In this document: positions 39,171-51,649 of the stretch, in pieces
Position numbering within the stretch: position 1 is the stretch's first letter
How the letters are laid out: each line of letters begins with the position of its first letter
NCBI GenBank assembly: GCA_034780895.1
Contig: JAUZTB010000001.1
Coordinates: forward strand, 98,962,559 to 99,026,558
Source: Rhynchobatus australiae
Lineage: Eukaryota
DNA length: 64,000 bases
Direction of reading: 5' to 3'
The notes under the pieces: generated by a model
What the model saw: the letters and a program-made list of their open reading frames with translations, nothing else
What the model was told of the DNA's origin: nothing
Databases searched by the model: none
Position numbers and translations under genes: made by a program

Positions 39171-39694
39171 ATTTTTTTAAAAATCTATCTCTCCATCTAA
39201 AGAAGGATAAGCTTATCTTGGATCTGGTACAGAAATGCTAAGTTGATTCCAGGGATGCTGAGAGAAATTGAATAATACTAGCCGCTATTGACTGAACTTT
39301 AAAAGAACAAGAGAGGTATCGTTGGAGTGAATGAAATTTGAAATGGATTGACAAGGGAGGTACTGGGACTATTTCCTCTGCTTGTGAAATGTAGAACTTT
39401 TGTCTCAGGATAAATTGGCCTTTAGGACTGAGATGTGGCAAATCTTATCTACTCGGACAGCTAGAAATCTTTGAAATTCTCGGTCCTAAACTCAGTAGAT
39501 TCAAGACTGATTCGACAGCTTTTTTGGGCACTAAAGGAATTGAGGTATATGGAAATTGAAAAGAGAGGATTACCTTCTCCTGCTATTTTTTTAATATTAA
39601 GTTTTCAAGATTTTGAAGGAAATAAGTAGAATGGATCAAGAGAAACCACTTGCACTAGTTGGAGAATCTAGCACTAGGAATATAGCCTAAAAAT

Positions 39695-40225
39695 TAGAGT
39701 TAAAAACAGAAAAGGCTAGAAGCGCTCTGCAGGTTAGGCAGCAGCTGTGGAAAGAGAAGCAGTTTACATTTCCAGTCAAAGACCTTTCAGAACTGAGAAA
39801 CTGAGAAGACAAGTTAGTTTTAGCTTGCAGGACATGTGCAAGGTAGATTGGATGAGGGGAATACCTCTGAACCGGTGAGGTGGGTTTGACTGATGATACC
39901 AATGTTTGATTTATATGGTTAATAGATTAAACAAACAAATGGGCATGTTCAAGTTGTGAAATGCAGATCAAAGCAGTTGGTGAGAACTGAAATCAAAAGG
40001 AGAAGGCTGGAACTGCCCAGCAGATTAGACTTTCAGTGGGGAGAGCAAAACTAAATTAACATTCCAAATGGATAACCATGCAACAGAACTGTCCAGTTCT
40101 AACACAAACAGGAAAAATGAGTTACCTGAAGTTGTTGAATTTGATATGTGTCATAAGTGCTGTACTGTGCCTTGGTGGTAAGTGAGGTACTGTTCCTCAA
40201 GCTTATGTTAGCCTTTGTTGGACTT
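39695..40225 (-). mobile_element. Penelope-like element 3' region with GIY-YIG C-terminal remnant
   Basis: Two terminus copies (about 39700 and 39990). Minus strand 40160-40204 translates KLEEQYLTYHQGTVQ, similar to the Penelope endonuclease end KLEEQHLIFRLGTLQP. Confidence 0.6.
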
Positions 40226-41712
40226 TCAAATACTGTCTAAAGATTGGAGCTACTTTGCTCAGGAGAGAAGTTATGAAATATTTTTACATGCTCTATGTGG
40301 TAAAATTTTTTATCCTTGTTCAAGAATCAGCAGTTTTTATGGCATCATTTGTTAATTTTAGATCTGAGATTGATAAATGTTTCATATTTAAATGTGTAAA
40401 GGAATATGGGGTAAAGGTGAAATATGAAAGACCACAGATCAACTATAATGTCATTGAATAGGGAAGCAGGTTTTAGGGGCTAAATAATTAAATAATCTAT
40501 TCCTGTGACCTTGTATGGGAGTCAGACATTGCAGGTGAAGATTTTTGCAACTGCAGCCATTAAAGGAGCAACACGGTTTTGTTAGGATGGGGCTGGGAAA
40601 ATTAGTTGACCATATGCCTGTTGAGTAAAAGTGGAAGCTATCAAACATCTTTTCAAAATAACTACAGTACTGTTGTCGGCAGAAATTGGTGACTGGCTTT
40701 GTCCCAGTTAAATTTCAAACTCAGAATTTAGACTTTTAACTTGGAAGAATATCCCAGTGATAGGGAAAGCATTAATTGTCAAAATTATATATACACTCTT
40801 CCTTTGACGTTCTCTTCCGAATTACAGTGGTTTATATTTGAGGTCTGACAGATAATTAGGAATGCATTCATAACAAAGACATATATCAAGGCTTTTAAAC
40901 ATGCAAAGTTCTTAAACCATTGAGGAATAAATTGTATAAATAGGAATAAGTAACAGTGCAATTAGAGATTTGAAGCTGTCATTGTGTTANNNNNNNNNNN
41001 NNNNNNNNNNNNNNNNNNNNNNNNNNNNNGTGGGTGTCACTGGTGATGTGGTTCTAGGAAGACCTACATTTGGTTCCTGGTAGATGTCAAGTTATTTGAT
41101 CTCAGAGCGATAACAGTGGGTGTCCAATTATTCAAGTCAGTTTGCAAAACAGGGAAAACAGCAGTCAGAATTCCTGGCAATTGCTTGCTGCAAAGTGAGT
41201 AAACACAGACATTGGACTAGTGCAGGATGAAACTCAGCTGTTAACCTTTACGCTTGTAAAGATAGTTCCTTTATGATTTTATATTTTAACTGAAAAGTTA
41301 CAATCATCTGTTTTTATTACAATACAAATGTTCAAAAATTATTAGAATAATGCATTGCAACCAACAGGATTATAGACATCAATTTGGAAAATGCCACTGC
41401 CCTCAATATCAGAACAACAATATTGTGCTAAGATCAAAAGTACCATTATCTGCAAAACAAAACTTATAGCCAATTTTCCCCAAAGTAATGTTGTCCATGA
41501 GATAGTATATTGTACACAAGTAAAATCACATTTCCGTTTGTGCTGAAATGGTACAACCCAAAATGTCAGATAAGGGGATATTTTCTGATGAGCTATCTTA
41601 GTGCAAGTACATCTTTGCAACAAAATAAAAATCAACTAACAGTAAAACCAGCAAATCCCCCTTCAGTAACCTCATTGCACGTCTCCAATTAATTTTGCAG
41701 AATGGTCAGATT

Positions 41713-41735
41713 TGTGTGTGTGTGTGTGTGTGTGT
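41713..41735. repeat. (TG)11 microsatellite
   Basis: Direct reading. Confidence 0.95.
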
Positions 41736-41858
41736 AAGCTGTTGGAGGTTGTTCAACTGCGAGATGAGGTCTTGTGACATCCAAGATAATTTTCAATGAA
41801 ATCACTGTCCTCCCTGCATTCATTCTCTGGAATGAATTTATGATTTATTTTCTTTCAG

Positions 41859-41981
41859 TAAAGTTAAATCATTGGTCTGCGAAAACAAAAAAAGGCTACC
41901 AGTGGATTAGTGGGCCACTCTTTCCCATGGAAGGGAAAAGCATTAATGATGCATCAAGGCAGATATTTTCATTGTTACAAG
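41859..41981 (+). CDS. DPH6: DPH6 long-isoform exon, (V)KLNHWSAKTKKGYQWISGPLFPMEGKSINDASRQIFSLLQ, start of the first RidA-like domain
   Basis: ttttctttcag acceptor, donor G|gtagtt; 123 bp, phase 1 to 1; the GYQWIxG...EGKS...A...FSxLQ pattern resembles long vertebrate DPH6 isoforms. Confidence 0.85.
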
Positions 41982-42590
41982 GTAGTTCCTTTATGATTTT
42001 ATATTTTAACTTTGAAAAGTTATAATAATCTGTTTTTATTGCAAATGTTCAAAAATTATTAGAATAATGCATTGCAACTAACAGGATTATGGGCTTAGAT
42101 TTGGAAAATGCCACTGCCGTCAACACCAGAGCAACAATNNNNNNNNNNNNNNNNNNNNNNNNNNNNNNNNNNNNNNNNNNNNNNNNNNNNNNNNNNNNNN
42201 NNNNNNNNNNNNNNNNNNNNNNNNNNNNNNNNNNNNNNNNNNNNNNNNNNNNNNNNNNNNNNNNNNNNNNNNNNNNNNNNNNNNNNNNNNNNNNNNNNNN
42301 NNNNNNNNNNNNNNNNNNNNNNNNNNNNNNNNNNNNNNNNNNNNNNNNNNNNNNNNNNNNNNNNNNNNNNNNNNNNNNNNNNNNNNNNNNNNNNNNNNNN
42401 NNNNNNNNNNNNNNNNNNNNNNNNNNNNNNNNNNNNNNNNNNNNNNNNNNNNNNNNNNNNNNNNNNNNNNNNNNNNNNNNNNNNNNNNNNNNNNNNNNNN
42501 NNNNNNNNNNNNNNNNNNNNNNNNNNNNNNNNNNNNNNNNNNNNNNNNNNNNNNNNNNNNNNNNNNNNNNNNNNNNNNNNNNNNNNNNNN

Positions 42591-42719
42591 GGAATTGGAA
42601 ATGAAAGATTACACGCTATCAGATATTATTCTGCTTCATCTGTACATAAAGGACATAAGGGACTTTGGCACCATAAACTCAGTGTATCAATCCTACTTCA
42701 ACCTCAACCCACCTGCAAG
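42591..42719 (+). CDS. DPH6: DPH6 long-isoform exon (5' edge hidden in N gap), ELEMKDYTLSDIILLHLYIKDIRDFGTINSVYQSYFNLNPPA(R), RidA/YjgF core
   Basis: Open frame from the gap edge (GAA at 42592); RidA-like motif LxDxxxxxLYxxDxxDFxxINxVYxxxFxxxPPAR; donor AG|gtaatg; phase 2 matches the next exon. Confidence 0.9.
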
Positions 42720-43798
42720 GTAATGGAAATGCTGTATAAGACCATTTTGACTGATGAATTTTACTATTTCATGAACGTGAATACTCTTAGATTGCAAAAT
42801 ATTAAGTAAGTTGAGAGGGACCATAACAACAATACATCTTTCTAAATCACCCTTAAATCTGACAATCACACATTCATGTATACAATTACTGGGTTACTCC
42901 CTATAAAATAGGTAATAAATTAATTTACTCTGACTTTTAACAATGCACAATAGTTTTTTTTTCAGGATATCAAAAAACTGGTTCAATGCAACTGAACCTT
43001 TTATGATCAAAAGAGGAAAAAAACAGAATTATGATGCAGAATGTAATTCGTGTTCCTGTTTTAAATACGAGCATAGTATTTCAATAAACAATACTTATTT
43101 AATCTGATACAAGAGGAGGCCATTCAGCCCAACAGTGCCATAACAATCCCATCTGTTTCAATCCCCTTATTTTCCTGTAATTCTGCAGCTTATTCTTTAT
43201 CATGCTCATGTTCATCCACTCCCCTTTTTAAATTATTGAACAGATTTTATTATATGTTGTCTTTACTGCTTTCAAAAGCATGAGCAGCAGAAATCTGGCC
43301 TTAACCCCTAGCTTGAGTTTCCAAATTTCTAATGTATGTTAGTTGCCAGTTCAGACTTCCAGACATAGTCTGTGTAAAAGCTTGCTGTCAAAGGAACAGT
43401 AACAACAGATGTCTTGCTTATTATAGCTTTTGAAAAATATATGTTCAGTTGACATTTCTGTCTTGATATCTACCCAAAACACTGAAATTCTTCCTTCAAT
43501 GAAAAAGTTTATAATCCTCTCACTCCCGACATATTCCCAGCCCTTCAGAAGATATAATCAGTATTATGGCACTCTTGCTGTACAATATGCTCAGGGTTAG
43601 CATCAAATCAGTGTGCCTCAGTACAAGCTCGACTCACTCCCACTGGAAACAGGGAAAGCAGGTCGCGTATCGGAGGATGAAACTGTTTTTCAGTTCTAAT
43701 CCTTACTATCTCAAAAGAACATCCAAAGCAAGAGTACAACATTCCAAAATTACCTATAAGACTTAAACTTTGAAATATAATAATATCTCTTTTTTTTA

Positions 43799-46040
43799 CA
43801 TAGAACATAGAACAGTACAGCACAGGAACAGGCCCCTCAGCCCAGGATCTTGTGCCAAACTAGTTTTACTTGTGCCAAACCTGATTACTTGATTAATAAT
43901 CAAGTGCCCAACTAAACTAATCCCTTCTGCCTACACAATATCCTTATCCCTCCATTTCCTGCACATTCATGTGCCTAAGACCCTCTTGAACACTTCTATT
44001 GTTTTTGCCTCCACCACCACATCTGGCAGTGCATTCCAGGCACCCACTACTCTCTGTGTAAAAAAAACTTACGCACATCTCCTTTGAACTTACNNNNNNN
44101 NNNNNNNNNNNNNNNNNNNNNNNNNNNNNNNNNNNNNNNNNNNNNNNNNNNNNNNNNNNNNNNNNNNNNNNNNNNNNNNNNNNNNNNNNNNNNCTGTGTA
44201 AAAAAAACTTACGCACATCTCCTTTGAACTTACACCCCCTCTCACCTTGAATGCATGCCCTCTGGTATCAGACATTTCAACCCTGGGAAAAAGATACCAG
44301 CAGTCTACTCTATTTATACCTCTGCTAATCTTATAAACCTCTATCAGATCTCCCCTCAGCCTCTGCCTCTCCATTGAAAACAACCCACGTTTGTCCAACC
44401 TCTCCTTATTAGCACATGCTGTCTAATCTAGGCAACATCTTGGTAAACCTCTTCTGCGCTCTATCCAAAGCCTCCACATCCTTCCCATAATGAGGCGACC
44501 AGAATTGAATGCAATATTCCAGATACAGCCCAACTAGAGTTTTATAAAGCTGCAACATAACTTCTCGACTCTTGAAGTCAGTGCCTCGTGTAATAAAGTC
44601 AAGCATGCCATACATCTTCTTTACCACCCTACCAATCTGTGTAGCTACTTTCAGCGAGCTGTGGACTTGGACCCCAGCATCCCTCTGCACATCAACATTG
44701 TTAAGGGTCTTGCCATTAACAGTATACTGTCCCTTTACTTTTGATCTCCCAAGGTGCAACACTTCACATTTGGCTGGGTTAAACTCCATCTGCCATTTCT
44801 CCACCCATATCTGCAACTGATCTATATCCTGCTGTATCCTTTGGCAGTCTTCATCCAGGTCATTTATATATACCACAAACAGCAGAGGTCCCAGTATGGA
44901 TCCTTGCAGAACACCACGAGTCACAGACCTCCAGCCATCGACCACCACCCTCTGTTTTCTATGGGCAAGCCGATTCTGAATCCAAACGGCCAATTCACCG
45001 TGGATCCCTTGTATCTTAATCTTCTGGATGAGCCTCCCCTGAGGGACTTTGTCAGGTGCCTTACTAAAATTCATGTAGACAACATCTACAGCTCTACCTT
45101 CATCAATCACCTTTGTCACCTCCTCAAAAAACTCAGTCAAGTTAGTAAGACACAACTTGCCCTGCACAGAGCCATGCTGACTGTCCCTAGTTAGGCCACG
45201 GTTTTCCANNNNNNNNNNNNNNNNNNNNNNNNNNNNNNNNNNNNNNNNNNNNNNNNNNNNNNNNNNNNNNNNNNNNNNNNNNNNNNNNNNNNNNNNNNNN
45301 NNNNNNNNGCCATGCTGACTGTCCCTAGTTAGGCCACGGTTTTCCAAATGCTCATAAATCCTATCCCAAAGAATCCTCTCCAGTAACCTCCTTGTTACTG
45401 ACATGAGACTCACCCGTCTATAGTTTCCAGGGTTATCCCTATTTTCCCTTTTTGAATAATGGAATAATATTAGCTACTCGCCATTCCTCCAGGACCTTGC
45501 CTATGGCTAGAGAGGACATGAAGATAGTGGTCAAGGCCCCAGCAATCTCATCTCATGCCTCACTCAATAACCTGGGGTATATCCTATCAGGCCCCTGGGA
45601 ACTAATCCACCTTAATGTTCTTTAAGAGACCCAACACTACCTCCTCCTTTATGTCAAAATGTCCTGGCATATTAGCACACTGTACACTAAGCTCCCTATC
45701 CTCCACGTCATTCTCCTTGGTAAATACTGATGCAAACTACTCATTTAGGACCTCTCCCACATCTTCCACCTCCAAGCACACATTCCCTTCTTTATCCTGA
45801 ACTGGTCCTACCTGCTCCCTAGTTATCCTCTTGCTCTTGATGTATGAATAGAATGCCTTGGGATTCCCTTTAATCCTACTTGCCAAGGACTTTTCATGGC
45901 CCTTCCTGGCTCTCCTAATTCTTTTCTTGAGTTCTTTTCTGGCTTCTTTCTCTTAGAGGGTCAGTTTGATTTTAGTTTCCTAAAATTTATATATGCTTCC
46001 TTTTACTTCTTGACTAAATTCACCACCTCTGTCGTCATCC
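43799..46040 (-). mobile_element. CR1 LINE, about 2.2 kb, 5'-truncated with internal deletion; longest copy in the window
   Basis: ORF 44409-45413 with RT motifs (VDVVYMNFSKA.DKVP, GVLQGSILGPLLFVVYINDLD, WQMEFNPAKC, LEYCIQFWSP); (catagaa)n 3' tail at 43799-43813; the ADD catalytic motif is deleted. Confidence 0.95.
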
Positions 46041-48129
46041 ATTTGAAACCTAGTAAAATATTTTCAGTACAAGCCGAAACACACAAGCTTTTGAAAGTGA
46101 GCTTCGGTACAATGGAATTTTCTTATGACTCAGAATGGGAATAATTCCAAGTTATTTAAGACTTCAGGGCTCTCTGAAGCAAGGAAGAAATGTTCAACCA
46201 AGGCACAAATAACAATGGCTTTGCTCATCTATAATTAATTTTTTTCCATTTATTTAGCTTTGTTTATGTCTTTATAGTTGAATGAAAAAGGAGTCTTAGA
46301 TCTAGAAAGTAAGCACAATCAGAATTGAAAGGGTAAAATAAAGACATTAGATAGCAAGTATGATTAGAGCTTAATGAATTTTGGGGTTTAAGTAGTTGGA
46401 GGAAAGAAAGACTGAGCAATTTTGAATCAGAGGGAAAAAACTAGTTAAATTTTAACATCACAGTGAATCTTCCTTTGAATGCTTTGAAGACATAAGGAAA
46501 AGAAAGAATGAGGTTGAAATATTCAGGGTATGAGGGAAGGATAGAAAATTAAGCACAGATTACGCTGGAACCAATACAATTTAGCAGTCAAGGGTTGAAA
46601 CTACCCATTCTACCAGAATCAGTATTCTGAAGAGCTTGGAATATGTAGGGAGTGAGAGAGTATAAACTTCTGTCATTAAAGGAAGACTTTCAAAACATTT
46701 ATTTCTTATACAAAGGAACTAAAAATGGCTAAAGGGCTTTTGTTACCTTGAACTTTCCAATTAAAATGCCTCAACTTTAAATGTTGCGTCTGCTCTTGTC
46801 CAAACAGACTGTGGACATTTGCACACAAGCACGCTTAGCGGAGCGCAGGGTTTACCTGGTTGGAATAAACCAGAAGTGCCTGTGATGGGTCCATAAATGA
46901 TAGTAGGACAGATGTCTAACTGCGCTCCTCAATACCCTCTTGTGGTCTAGATGAGGAGGATGTTTTTTGTTTGCTAAGATATCCTGAACTCCAGTAGTGT
47001 GGTCTGAACAATGGCATTTCCTCCAGTGGCACAACTGAAAAAGGCTAGCCCTAAACTACCCTGAAAACTTTGGCAGCCAGTGAAATCCACTAGCTTTAAT
47101 TTTTTTTTGAAAAGTTAAGTTACCTTCCCCTGTGTCTCCTCACACACAATAGAATTTTGGACCCTGTTCTAGGTCTAACCATTCGCAATGGCCTGCATTA
47201 GATAATGATAATCAGCACCACATCTTTCAGAAAGAATGAACCTTTTTGCTTGGATATTTCCCAGAGGAGCTGTTGGGTGTGTAGCCTCTAGTTTTATCTA
47301 GGACTATAATCTCACCAAGCTAACTGAACAGAGCCTTAATTCTATAGTTCTTCCAGAGTGCAATAAGAGATGAGTGATGTTAAGTCTCCCCTTGTATCTC
47401 TAAAACACCTTCTATTGCTGAATTGCTTTTTACTCCTTTGCTATGAATCTTAACTTAGGTAAAGAATGATGTTGAGGACAATATTGTATGAATCCACAGC
47501 AAATGAAACTATATTAATCCTAGTACAGATAGCTACTTCCCCTCAGGCACTTTACTGTGTTTAAATTCATGCTATTGAAATGGTGCACAGAGTTATACCA
47601 AGTACCTTCAGATAATAAGACTCTTTCACTTTCTGATAACTTCAATTTCTTCTATCTGAAGTCTCCTTCGCTTTCATAAACTTGTTCATTTTTAGCTTTA
47701 CAGCTTTGGATAATTTAGCTTGATGAAGAGTTTTGGGCAGTACATTTTGGAAGTGTTTCACTGTTAGCTGCTATGACAAAAGTATTTACTTCATTGTCTG
47801 GAAAGTTTCCATTGCCATCTTGTGCTGCCTTGTTTCCTATTGACGATGAGGTGATAAGATCTTTATTTAGGCATCACGGATTTTCTTTTTTCACTAGGTA
47901 TTTCTCATACATGAGTGATTAAAGTTTTATATAATGAGAGTAATTGATCATTTCAACAATTAAGATGCAGGTCTCTGAAAGTATATACCCTATGCAGAAA
48001 AACATTATGAACCATTGTTTTGATGAATATGAATATATTAGTTTGTGGTCAATTCTTCAAACAGTACAACCACATAACATTAGATAGCCTGATGGGCAAA
48101 ATACCTAACACAAGCAAAAGGACAAAACA

Positions 48130-48985
48130 AAACTTTTTGTTTAAAGCGTGTGTATTTATGCGGTAGATGGTGATGTTCTCCCAGGGGTCAATGCTAGGGC
48201 AGTTAAATTTTTAGTATATATATGGGCCTGCAGGATAACATTTCCAAATTCATAGATAGCACAACACGATAAACAATGCTGGGGATTGTAATGGACTGTA
48301 AAACTGTAAAAGAGTATGGAGAGGCCAGCAGAATGGCAGAGGCATGCCAGATTAAATTTAATACAGAGAGGATTAAAGTGATGCACTTTTTCAGAAGGTT
48401 TAAGGAGACACCATATAGATTAAATGGCACAGTTATAAAAGGGTAGAAGGACACATGCTTTGGAAGTAAATGTGCAAAAATGTTTGTAAAAGGCATAGCA
48501 TGTTGAGGGAGTGATTAGTAAACATATGAAATGCTGGAATTCATAAACAGAGGCCCAGAGTACAAAAGCAGAGAAGCTATATTGAACCAGTAGGAACCAC
48601 TGGTTAGGCCATAATTGAAGAATTGAACCCAGACCTTTGGAAAGGATGAGAAAGTCAGAGAGAAGATGCAGAAAAAAATAATGACAGATTCAGGAATCAA
48701 GGATTTCAGCTGTTAACGGTTCAACTGGAGAAGGTGGAATTTACCTTGGATCAACAAAGAAGTGAAAAGAGGTTTGATAGGGGTATAAATTCATGGCTGG
48801 GTTAGATAGAGGGAAGCTCTTCCCATTTGTGATAGCTCAAGTTCCCTGAGGTCCAATTTGAAGGTTTTGGCCAAAAGGAGCAAGGGGGATGTGAAAAAAA
48901 ATGTTCTTGTGCAGCAAGTAATGATGATCTGGTACTCACAGCCGTACAAGTGGTGGAAACAGAAGTCAGATAGGGTTTTCATTAG
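48130..48985 (+). mobile_element. Old CR1-like LINE RT/3' fragment
   Basis: Remnants ccaggggtcaatgctagg (QGSMLG), tccaaattcatagatagcac, gaatggcaga...aaattta, ctggttaggccataattga. Confidence 0.6.
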
Positions 48986-49234
48986 GAAATTGGATCAACA
49001 CAAGGGAAATGTATTCACAGATGAAATTAAACAGTGCATGTTTTGCAGTACCATACATTAATTCCTGATGCATTGTTGAGTCAACTCTTAACAAGGAAAC
49101 AAAGATGGAAAAAGAAAGTGCATCTTCCTGGGAAAATGTCTATGATAGCAGCACGTGCAATATGTTGGAAATATTAAAGGTTTAAACTGTCCACAAAGTA
49201 CACTAAGCGTTAAATCTCCCCTGTGTTTTTCTAG

Positions 49235-49409
49235 GGTTTGTGTGGAAGTCCCATTACCTGATGGAGTATTGCTTCAAGTTGATTGCCTTGTTCACAAAAA
49301 TGAGTCACTTTGCCAGGATACAACGAAACAGCAAAAGGAGGTTATGCATGTTCAGAGTATTTCACATTGGGCACCTGCTAACATAGGACCTTACAGTCAA
49401 TCAGTCAAG
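49235..49409 (+). CDS. DPH6: DPH6 long-isoform exon, (R)VCVEVPLPDGVLLQVDCLVHKNESLCQDTTKQQKEVMHVQSISHWAPANIGPYSQSVK
   Basis: tgtttttctag acceptor, donor gtaagc at 49410; 175 bp; phase 2 to 0. MHVQSISHWAPANIGPYSQ is the Dph6 hallmark start of the second RidA-like domain. Confidence 0.95.
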
Positions 49410-51649
49410 GTAAGCAATGATGGNNNNNNNNNNNNNNNNNNNNNNNNNNNNNNNNNNNNNNNNNNNNNNNNNNNNNNNNNNNNNNNNNNNNNNNNNNNNN
49501 NNNNNNNNNNNNNNNNNNNNNNNAGTTTGTATGCTGAACAATATATATGTTCTTTAAAACAAGTAATAATGTGGAGGCTGAAGGAGAAAGTGATAATTTG
49601 TGAGCCCAAAAAGGTGTAATAAATGATTGTAAAATGGCAATATTGCTAAAGTAGTTCTGTTCAGAAGCATGTGACATGCTGACAATTTTTTTTCATGCTG
49701 TAGGAAGTGAAAGATGTAGCACAGAGAGAGGAATATAACTTTGATCCATAGCTGTTAGAAATAACTAATAGCTTTGAGTTTGTGACAAGAGAACCAGAGG
49801 CAATGTGAGTCATTTAGAGAGTATATTATTTCTTCAAAGACCTTATCTTGGCATTGCAATTATGATACCTTCTTAGATTGTGCTTTACACAGTTGGGAAC
49901 TGGGAATGCACTGTACTTAAACCACAAGCATAATGATAGCAAACAGATAGAGGTTCGAGTAAAGGTGTTGATTAAAAAAAATTCTTCAACATGAAAATTG
50001 ATATTGCTACATACTGTTTGGTAATGAGTCACAGAATTTACTCCAGAAAGTCCGTTCACATTGTTACTCTGAAAGCATACCTGGTAAGGTTCTTCAGACA
50101 TCTTGCTGAAGTGTGGAACAATTCCACACATTTCACAGGAAAATCATATAGAGAGCTCTTGTTGAAGAGAAGGTTGTAAAAACACTCAATGCTTATTCAA
50201 TCAAATTTGGTTTCTAAAACAGAAGGAGTTGAGTTAAAAAGGCTGCTGTGACACCAATGACAAAATACATGGTTGAGTTCTTATCTGACCCAGAAAGTTG
50301 AATTCACATTTAGGAGGTAAGAACCATAGTAGTTTGTGGAACGAAGAGTAATTTGGTTGAAATTGCTGACAGAATCCAAAGTGTTCATGTAGACCAAGTA
50401 ATCGCTGTTCAAAATGGACCAAATCTAAATGTAATGAATTTGGGTTTGAGTTAAATCCAGTGTATATTTCAGGAATTGAAATCAAGCAAGCCGGATAAAG
50501 AAACAGAACCTGCTTTGAAGTCAAATGCAGAACCAAACAGTCCAAATGTTGGTTCAGCATCAAAACCTGGAAGGAGATAAGGAGGATTCCAAAAAGAACA
50601 GTTCCTGAACCAGGTTTATATTTGTTATTCTTTAAATGTGTATATGGATAAATTACTTGTTGGATTAACTTATTATTATTATCAATAAATTGTGCTATGG
50701 ATAAATGAGTCTCACTGTTGACAGTATAAAAGAGCTTTAGAGAGAAAAAAATCTTTTTATAAAAGCAAGGAGAGATGTGTAGTGCACCTTTAGTGTGTGT
50801 GTGTGAGTGTTTTGCCTTGCTAACAACCCATTACCTCATGGGACATATATTGTCTGTGCCTCATGCACTTTTCAAGACATTACATTTCCAAACCCCCATG
50901 TGATTGAATGAAGTGTAAAATCAATGACTACTATTATGTGTGATATGCCAACACAGGAAGCAACAGTGACATCAATCAGGATGCAACATATGTTTACTAT
51001 TGCAGCTGCAACTTTGAATCATACATAGGTGACTGAGAACAGCATGGGCTTCAACCAGGAAAGCAGATCTTAATGCCAGTAGAAGACTAGCTTGAGCATT
51101 ACTTAAAGGCATAGTCCCTACCTGATCCAAGGTGAGAGAACCCGCCACCAGCTGCAATGCAGAATCCTTCTCAAATGTAGCAATAGAGGTGTTCACATAT
51201 TGCAGGGAAAGACTTTTACTTTCTTTGTGGAGTGTTAAGGAAAAGGGGAGCTGGACTGTTTGTTTCAGGTGTCACTCTGCCACCAGAGAAACACCCTGGT
51301 GGATTCCATGCTGGAAAAGTGGGTTACTGTCCCATGGCCATACCACCATTCCTAATGTAATATCAGCAAAATCAGCCCATTCACTTGCAGCTGCAGTCCC
51401 CATTTAGAAATGCTGCTTTTGAAGTTTTCCTCATAGTCTTCTTGCATTGGTGCAGCTGTGTTTTTTGTGTTACTCTTAAAATTGCGTGGCTCTACTATGT
51501 ATACTTACATTAAAGACAGGGCTATGGTGCTGATTATAATCTTAAAAGTTTGCTCCATATCACTTTGGAGCATGTTTCTTTGTGCAAAAGGATTTCTTGT
51601 CTTGAGCCCTTGCCAGAAACATTATTTCATAGCTACTGATTTAATTTCT

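Larger units (their letters stand above)
41261..42138 (+). repeat. Diverged direct duplication, copies at 41261-41421 and 41981-42138 (second runs into a gap)
   Basis: g(a/g)tagttcctttatgattttatattttaac...caaatgttcaaaaattattagaataatgcattgcaac...ttggaaaatgccactgcc...caacaat in both copies, with substitutions and small indels. Confidence 0.9.

Noticed and set aside
44055-44233. Direct repeats flanking roughly 100-N gaps (also about 16975/17114, 20579/20690, 45170/45309, 55852/55982)
   Set aside because: Identical or near-identical sequence on both sides of fixed-size gaps is a scaffolding overlap artefact, not a TSD or CRISPR-like repeat.
44409-45413. 334-aa reverse transcriptase ORF as an active element or novel RT system
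   Set aside because: Ordinary truncated CR1; the ADD catalytic motif is deleted (INDLDEDCQR) and there is no endonuclease or ORF1.
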